Shown here one piece after another: positions 58,175 through 64,000 of a stretch of DNA of 64,000 bases. Source of the DNA: Thermodesulfovibrionales bacterium (lineage in GTDB: Bacteria; Nitrospirota; Thermodesulfovibrionia; Thermodesulfovibrionales; UBA6898). How positions within the stretch are numbered: the first letter of the stretch is position 1; every line of letters begins with the position of its first letter. The position numbers and the translations under genes are program-made. The stretch is from assembly GCA_044450345.1 (NCBI GenBank), contig JBIOIY010000002.1, positions 96,001 to 160,000 on the forward strand, read 5' to 3'. The notes under the pieces are model-generated. The model was not told where the DNA came from. It worked only from the letters and a program-made list of their open reading frames with translations, and did not search any database.

Positions 58175-58875
58175 TCCCGCCCGGAGAGACGCTCCATGAC
58201 CTTTTGGGCATCGGACCACGTAAGCCACTTGTCTTTTGGGTTTCTGAGAAGGTAAGCCGGATGGAACGTAGGCATCACAGGGATTCCATTATAATCAAAA
58301 AAATTACCCCGAACCGCGGTTATCTTTAACTCCTGTCTTTTTAACAGCGTCTGGAGGGCTATCCTGCCGAGCGTGATAATCACCTCGGGATGTATAATCT
58401 CGATTTGACGCTCAATGAAACCCCTGCAGCTTGCGACCTCATCTTCCTCCGGGTCCCGGTTCATCGGCGGTCTGCACTTCACGATATTGGCAATATAGAC
58501 GTCGCCCCTTTTCAGGCCGACATCCCCTATATACATCTTTTCGATGAGTTTTGTGAGAAGCATCCCGGCTTCGCCGACGAAGGGCCTTCCCTTCAAGTCC
58601 TCTTCCCTGCCCGGCCCTTCGCCGATAAACATGATCTTAGCCCCGGGATTCCCCTCACCGAAAACAATACTATTTCTGTTTTTCGAGAGTTTGCATCTGA
58701 CACAAGCACCAATCTCATTTCTAAGTCCCGAGAGGAGGCGTTCCTTGTCTCCATTGCACTGATCAATGCTGCCTGGGGGTGCCAGGCGGAGGGGTATGCC
58801 TTCGATGCCGAGGGCTTGGTAGAACTCGAGCATAGTCTTTAAATCGTCGATGATGTCGTTTCTCCGTCCATTCAT
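58171..58875 (-). CDS. udg: family-4 uracil-DNA glycosylase
   Basis: CVRCKL, GEGPG..ED..GRPFVG, VKCRPP.NR, TFHPAYLLRN. Confidence 0.95.
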   Translation of the reverse strand: MNGRRNDIIDDLKTMLEFYQALGIEGIPLRLAPPGSIDQCNGDKERLLSGLRNEIGACVRCKLSKNRNSIVFGEGNPGAKIMFIGEGPGREEDLKGRPFVGEAGMLLTKLIEKMYIGDVGLKRGDVYIANIVKCRPPMNRDPEEDEVASCRGFIERQIEIIHPEVIITLGRIALQTLLKRQELKITAVRGNFFDYNGIPVMPTFHPAYLLRNPKDKWLTWSDAQKVMERLSGRE

Positions 58876-58894
58876 AGCGAAATTGCCGCGCAGG

Positions 58895-59746
58895 TCAGCG
58901 CTCCCCCCACTTCAGTTTAGTCCTAAGGACCTTGAAATAATCGCGTTCGCAGGGGATAAGCAGCCTAGTCTTGAACGGCGATTTATTGATTTCTATGACG
59001 TCATCCTTTCTGAGTGAAAAACCGACCTGCCCGTCGAGGGTCAGATATACGTCTTCGCTGAGAGTCTTCAGGGTGATCTCAACCTTAAAATCATCAGGCA
59101 AAACGATAGGCCTGTTTGTCAGCGTATGGGAGCATATCGGCGTAAGGACGATACTGTTGAGGGTCGGATAGAGTATGGGCCCACCGGCTGAAAGCGAATA
59201 GGCTGTAGAGCCGGTCGGAGTCGAGATGATCAACCCATCGGCCTTAAATGTCGTCACATAAACCCCGTTGATCAACGCCTCCAGGTCGATAATCCTCGCA
59301 AGAGCGCCCTTGTTTATCACTACATCGTTGAGAACGGTATACTCGGCGATCTTTTCTCCCTCCCTTACGATCCTCGCACAGAGCATCAGCCTTTCTTCGA
59401 TGATATACGTATCGGAAAGCATTGCGTCGACGGCCTGATAGATCTCGCCACGGTTTATCTCGGTAATAAATCCCATCGTCCCCAGGTTGACACCCAGTAT
59501 GGGTATGCCCTTTTCCGCAACCAGTCTGCTCACGCTGAGCATCGTTCCGTCGCCGCCCAGGACTATCACTGCGTCAACAAGAGAGGCTATTTCCGCCCTT
59601 GTATGTCCCTCTATCTTCAGCAGGGCGGCGGTGTCCGGATCTACATAGAGCTCATGTCCCTGCCGCCGCAGGCGGGGCAAAAGTTCCTTCATGATCTCCT
59701 GCGATTCGGGCCTCCCGGACTTACTGATTATGCCTATCTTCTTCAT
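58895..59746 (-). CDS. nadK: NAD(+) kinase
   Basis: GGDGT, LNDVVI, ADGLIISTPTGSTAYSLSAGGP. Confidence 0.97.
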   Translation of the reverse strand: MKKIGIISKSGRPESQEIMKELLPRLRRQGHELYVDPDTAALLKIEGHTRAEIASLVDAVIVLGGDGTMLSVSRLVAEKGIPILGVNLGTMGFITEINRGEIYQAVDAMLSDTYIIEERLMLCARIVREGEKIAEYTVLNDVVINKGALARIIDLEALINGVYVTTFKADGLIISTPTGSTAYSLSAGGPILYPTLNSIVLTPICSHTLTNRPIVLPDDFKVEITLKTLSEDVYLTLDGQVGFSLRKDDVIEINKSPFKTRLLIPCERDYFKVLRTKLKWGER

Positions 59747-60158
59747 TAAACCCCTCTATATATATTTCTCTTCGATTATCACCCACATCCTTCAATCGGA
59801 CCCTTATGAAGCCGGCTGCAGACGCCCCGAGCTTCTCGGCCCATTCTATAACGGCCACAGAATCCCTTCCTAGACAGTCCCAGATCCCCGTACCGTCCAC
59901 GTCCTCTTCTTTCTCCACCCTGTAAAGGTCTATATGAAAAAAAGCCGGGACAGTGTCATGCTCGGCTATTATCGTAAAGCTGGCGCTCGTAACGTCCCTT
60001 CCAGCGACGCCGAAGGCCCTCGCAATTCCCTTTACCATCGTTGTCTTGCCGGTCCCCAGATCCCCATAAAGCGCAACAACATCACCGGCCTTCAACCTTT
60101 TCCCGAGTTCATACCCTGCCTGCTCGGTCTCATCCGGATCGTTACTTACCAGTTTCAC
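59721..60158 (-). CDS. tsaE: tRNA t6A biosynthesis ATPase TsaE
   Basis: GDLGTGKTT, VTSASFTI, HIDLYR, VIEWAE. Confidence 0.95.
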   Translation of the reverse strand: MKLVSNDPDETEQAGYELGKRLKAGDVVALYGDLGTGKTTMVKGIARAFGVAGRDVTSASFTIIAEHDTVPAFFHIDLYRVEKEEDVDGTGIWDCLGRDSVAVIEWAEKLGASAAGFIRVRLKDVGDNRREIYIEGFNEEDRHNQ

Positions 60159-60600
60159 CCATCGTGCCTTTGATCACGGCAGTCTTGCCGATAATACCCA
60201 CAAGCTTTCCCGCACTGACAACCGGGAGCAGATGCACCCCTTTTTCAGACATGATCGTGGCGATTTCCTGGAGCGTCGTTTCGGGACCGACTGTGATCAC
60301 TGCGCGAGTACATATCTCGGAAACCGTCGATGCGGACATCCTCTGTATCTCTTTCTCCATAGAAGACGTGCCGAGGGGAATGAAGGCATCGAAAAGCCTT
60401 ACGATTGTAGGGATATGAAACCTGCTGTTCTGTTTTATCAGATCGTTTTCGGTCACTACCCCGAAGAGATTCTGTTCCGCATCCAAAACAGGGACCCCGC
60501 TAATTCCTTTTTCGATAAAAAGTCTGCCCAGCTCCTCCACCGTTGTATTGGGAGATACCGTGATCACCACGGTGCTCATGATGTCCTTGGCCTTTATCAT
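60142..60600 (-). CDS. tandem CBS-domain protein
   Basis: AKDIMS.VITV...ISGVPVLD...GVVTENDL; second CBS LLPVV..GKLVGII. Confidence 0.9.
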   Translation of the reverse strand: MIKAKDIMSTVVITVSPNTTVEELGRLFIEKGISGVPVLDAEQNLFGVVTENDLIKQNSRFHIPTIVRLFDAFIPLGTSSMEKEIQRMSASTVSEICTRAVITVGPETTLQEIATIMSEKGVHLLPVVSAGKLVGIIGKTAVIKGTMGETGK

Positions 60601-60653
60601 AGACCCCCTCTTTTCTTTTTACTAATATTAACATGGAACGCATGCTTGGTCGT

Positions 60654-61415
60654 TCACATCCTGACTTCAGCCTCCGCAATCTCTCTCTCCGGCTTGATGA
60701 TCCAGATATAGCCAAACTCCCTTTCCTGATACACCCTCGCAAGCCCGAGACGTAAAAGCTCGAGGAGTGCAAGAAAGGTAACGATCCACCGCTTCCTTGT
60801 CACGCCGCCCTCGAAAAGCTCCTCAAAACGTATACTTTCAGAATTTTCTAGGAGGTCGACAATCAAGAACATCTTGTCTTTGACAGTCAGCGTCTCCATA
60901 GTGATCGTGCGCACTTCGGGAGGCGCAGCCTCAAGTATTTTCCTGAAAGCCCCGAGCAGATCAAAGATGTTCACCTCGAAAAGATAAGGCTCTGCCTCTG
61001 TATCTTCCCCTTCCTCTCCGGGCGTTTCCTCCGGCTCCCTTGAAAAGATCCTGAGCGACTCATCCTCCTTATCCTTCAGTATCGACGCGGCATCCTTGTA
61101 CGCCTGATACTCAAGAAGTCTCTGTACGAGTTCGAGTCGGGGATCTTCCATCTGCTCGGCTCCTGCGGCAGCCACCTCCTCGGGCGGCAGCAGCATCTTC
61201 GACTTGATCTGTATGAGTGTAGCCGCCATAACAAGAAATTCCCCGGCTATTTCAAGATTGAGCTCCTTCATCATCCCGACATACTCAAGATAACGGCCCG
61301 TGATAAATGAGATGGGGATATCGTAAATATCAATCTTATTTTCCCTAATGAGATGGAGGAGAAGATCAAGCGGGCCCTCGAATGCCGGTAATTTAATATT
61401 ATAAAGGTCTTCCAT
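60654..61415 (-). CDS. scpA: segregation and condensation protein A
   Basis: FEGPLDLLLHLI, EFLVMAATL..IKSKMLLP, TFLALLEL. Confidence 0.95.
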   Translation of the reverse strand: MEDLYNIKLPAFEGPLDLLLHLIRENKIDIYDIPISFITGRYLEYVGMMKELNLEIAGEFLVMAATLIQIKSKMLLPPEEVAAAGAEQMEDPRLELVQRLLEYQAYKDAASILKDKEDESLRIFSREPEETPGEEGEDTEAEPYLFEVNIFDLLGAFRKILEAAPPEVRTITMETLTVKDKMFLIVDLLENSESIRFEELFEGGVTRKRWIVTFLALLELLRLGLARVYQEREFGYIWIIKPEREIAEAEVRM

Positions 61416-61655
61416 GGTTCAATTCATATTTTACGGCAGTATTTTAACAGATTGTGAGAAAATTTGGTCTGACCGGGGCTCACTTCGCAATAGGTATTTT
61501 TCTCCCGATGAAAAGCCCAAGAAGCCGTCAAATGCGATTCACGATATGTACATTTGGCATGACAGGACTCTGGATCACGATAGCGCTATGATGTCGAAAA
61601 AACTTTCGGGGCCGAATAGCGACTGGACTCGTGTCGGTCTTAACGCGTACCTCCT

Positions 61656-61970
61656 CTATCGCTTTCCTGCCTTTTTCACGATATGAGCGGCTCTTGGAGA
61701 GACCTCCGGGTCAATGAGATAAGCCTCCGAAAAATACCTGCTGGCGTCGTCAAATTTCTTCAACTTATAGTCCGCATATCCCAGCAGATAATACGCAACA
61801 GGATCAGGAGTTTTAGATATATAATTCTTGAAATGCATCTCGGCCTTTCTGTAATCCCTTTTCCCGTAATACCTCAACCCCTTTTCGAAATCTTCACTCC
61901 CCGCGTATGTCTGGGAACATATCATAAAAGCCAAAATAAGCGAAAACACAACATAAGATAAAGTCTTCAT
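61656..61970 (-). CDS. exported small TPR protein
   Basis: signal peptide, AYYLLGYADYKLKKFDDA..YF..AYLIDP; AGGAGG RBS. Confidence 0.8.
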   Translation of the reverse strand: MKTLSYVVFSLILAFMICSQTYAGSEDFEKGLRYYGKRDYRKAEMHFKNYISKTPDPVAYYLLGYADYKLKKFDDASRYFSEAYLIDPEVSPRAAHIVKKAGKR

Positions 61971-62171
61971 TTTTCGTTCCCTCCTACCTAATCATCGTTA
62001 TGCCTTCCGGTCTTAACTATATCACAAGATACGGCGATAATCAAAGGTATCAAAGCCATGAACCCGCGCCTTAAAGATCATTCAGCTGAAGGGCAAATGG
62101 GCGAACAGCAAAGCCGGGGAAAAGAGACACAATCGAAAAACACGAAGAAGGTTCTGCTACGGTGGCGACTT

Positions 62172-62801
62172 CTACGACTCGATCATAACCATGGTGGTGA
62201 GCATCGCAAGGGACCAAACAATGTCAGAGAGGCCTATCTGAAGGTCGCAGGTGGAATCGAAGAGGAGATCCGCCCTGGCGGGGAATTCCTCATCCTCAAG
62301 CCATAAGATCAGAGTAATTGGCACCCTCGGAAGTGGGTAAAGAATCAGGGAGGCATCTCCGTGCCCAGCCTCCCCGGCGCCGAATTCAAGACCCCGCCTG
62401 ATGAACGTGTCCCTGTCTCTGCCGTATATGGCGGCAACCCGGTCGAGCGGCAGCAGATGGGTCCCGGTGAAAAAACGCTGTCCTCCCCTTACGTCGATAG
62501 GCCTGATGAGCCTGCCGGTGAAAGGGATATCTTTCGCGCTGGACAGATACCAAAGGAGAGATAGCCTGAAAAAATCCTTGAACTTATTTAGGAAGAGAAT
62601 GCTGTTTTCAGAACTGCTGAATATTCTTCTCTCGCTTACTGAAACACAAAAATCTATGCCGAATGATTTTACTATAAAGGGCCCCTTCTCATCATCATGC
62701 CTTACCGAGGCCCTCCGACAAACGTCATGCGCAGGAAGACCCTCAAGGATTTTCCAGACTTTCTCCTCTCCGTGTACCGTCTTTATGGGAACTAGTTCCA
62801 T
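62172..62801 (-). CDS. DUF3786-like protein
   Basis: LLWYL, GG..FF.G, PLPRVPI.LILW..DEEFPA...LLFD. Confidence 0.8.
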   Translation of the reverse strand: MELVPIKTVHGEEKVWKILEGLPAHDVCRRASVRHDDEKGPFIVKSFGIDFCVSVSERRIFSSSENSILFLNKFKDFFRLSLLWYLSSAKDIPFTGRLIRPIDVRGGQRFFTGTHLLPLDRVAAIYGRDRDTFIRRGLEFGAGEAGHGDASLILYPLPRVPITLILWLEDEEFPARADLLFDSTCDLQIGLSDIVWSLAMLTTMVMIES

Positions 62802-62955
62802 ATTTTACTCCCTAATAATATATAATAATTATGCATTCTTTTGTGATAGACTGTGCGTATTTGCTTATGGTATTATAAATAAAACTAATGAATTTATCCA
62901 TCCAGTTGTCGGTATTTTTCCTAAATTCAGCCTAGCAGATGGAAGGAGGCAGAAC

Positions 62956-63816
62956 GTGTATAAGATTCTGAAAAAAGAGGTGCTCAGCGATGTCACAAAA
63001 CTTATGGACATCGAGGCGCCGCATGTCGCCAGAAAGGCGCGGGCGGGCCAGTTCATCATCGTGCGCATCGATGAGCAGGGCGAGCGGATACCGCTCACTA
63101 TCGCGGATTATGACCGGGATGCGGGTCTGATCACAATCATATTCCAGGAAGTGGGAAAGTCCACCATGCAGCTCGGCAAACTCGAGCCTGGCGATACCGT
63201 CGCCTCATTTGCGGGACCCTTGGGACACCCGACCGAGATCGAAAACTACGGAACGGTTGTCTGCGTGGGCGGAGGCGTCGGTGTGGCCCCGATCTATCCC
63301 ATCGCCAAGGCGCTCCATGAAGCGGGTAATTCGGTCATATCCATCATTGGCGCCCGTAATAAGTCCCTGCTCTTCTGGGAAGAGAAAATGCGGGCGGTAT
63401 CGAGCGAACTTATCGTCTGCACAGACGACGGCTCTCATGGAAGAAAGTCCCTTGTGACCGAGCCCCTCACCGAGATACTCAAGGACCCCGGCAGGAAGGT
63501 CGCCCATGTCTGGGCCATAGGCCCCGCCATCATGATGAAGTTCGTCGCTGCGGCGACGAAACCTTTCACCGTGCCGACCACCGTAAGCCTTAACACCATC
63601 ATGATCGATGGAACGGGCATGTGCGGAGGCTGCCGCGTTCTGCTCGAGGACGGCGCGCGCTTCGTCTGCGTGGACGGCCCTGAATTCAACGGCCACAAGG
63701 TCGACTGGGACAACCTTCTGTCGCGCCTCCAGTTCTACAGGGAAGAGGAGCGGGCAGCAGTGGAACATTATGACCACAAATGCAAACTTGAAGGAGCTGC
63801 CGGGGGAGGTAAGTAA
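62956..63816 (+). CDS. nfnA: NfnA/SudB-like FAD/NAD-binding [2Fe-2S] subunit
   Basis: AGGAGG then GTG 62956; GQFII, GERIPLTI, GGGVG, MIDGTGMCGGCRV...CVDGPEF. Confidence 0.88.
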   Translation: MYKILKKEVLSDVTKLMDIEAPHVARKARAGQFIIVRIDEQGERIPLTIADYDRDAGLITIIFQEVGKSTMQLGKLEPGDTVASFAGPLGHPTEIENYGTVVCVGGGVGVAPIYPIAKALHEAGNSVISIIGARNKSLLFWEEKMRAVSSELIVCTDDGSHGRKSLVTEPLTEILKDPGRKVAHVWAIGPAIMMKFVAAATKPFTVPTTVSLNTIMIDGTGMCGGCRVLLEDGARFVCVDGPEFNGHKVDWDNLLSRLQFYREEERAAVEHYDHKCKLEGAAGGGK

Positions 63817-64000
63817 TGGCTGAACTAACACAAAAAGAACGGATGCAGATAAAGCGCCACGACATGCCGAACCAGGACCAGCATATCCGGCGCGGCAATT
63901 TCGAAGAGGTCGCTCTCGGTTATTCGGAAGAAACGGCCCGGCGGGAGGCCGAGCGCTGCCTCCAGTGCAAAGAGCCGAAATGCGTCAAGGGGTGCCCTGT
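63816..64000 (+). CDS. nfnB: NfnB/GltD-like subunit, N-terminal fragment running off the window
   Basis: TAATG coupling; R..NFEEVALGY...EAERCLQCKEPKCVKGCP. Confidence 0.85.
   Translation, partial: MAELTQKERMQIKRHDMPNQDQHIRRGNFEEVALGYSEETARREAERCLQCKEPKCVKGCP

Noticed and set aside
60654..61415. scpA without adjacent scpB or smc
   Set aside because: Dispersed SMC-ScpAB genes are common; cannot be judged from one window.
62091..62119. GGGCAAA...GCAAAGCC, another riboswitch-like word pair
   Set aside because: No pairing between the words and no same-strand gene directly downstream.
62401..62955. 185-codon N-terminal extension of nfnA in the ORF track
   Set aside because: Mostly antisense to the DUF3786 gene; AGGAGG plus GTG at 62956 matches the family N-terminus.

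Overview
Gene-dense, roughly 50% GC bacterial chromosome segment. Gene content and order suggest an anaerobic Gram-negative of the Nitrospirota/Thermodesulfovibrionia type (inference, no search run). I saw no rRNA, tRNA, CRISPR array, prophage or IS element. It is mostly housekeeping: tatC, trxA, ffh-rpsP-khpA-rimM-trmD-rplS-rnhB, a peptide ABC transporter, ppdK, purM-M23-bactofilin, surE-pcm, MoxR-DUF58-transglutaminase, argH, a two-component pair, gmhA-ruvCAB-queH-queA, phoH-HD-ybeY-dgkA, glnB-glnA, a NifA-like activator, degP/Q, recD2, udg-nadK-tsaE-scpA and nfnAB. Most notable observations: (1) a left-end signalling locus where a GGDEF gene and an MglA-like GTPase with a coiled-coil and membrane-targeting-like tail converge on a HEAT-repeat protein and an HD-GYP phosphodiesterase that share an unnamed N-terminal domain; (2) rimM and phoH/ybeZ appear to start at ATT and ACG; (3) a 97-aa protein built from two identically spaced CX2CX19CX14C repeats, coupled to udg; (4) a disrupted tatB; (5) a pair of palindromic operators around the ppdK promoter; (6) a sigma54/NtrC-like control region for a GATase-glnB-glnA operon next to an orphan NifA-like gene; (7) small ORFs missed by the ORF track.
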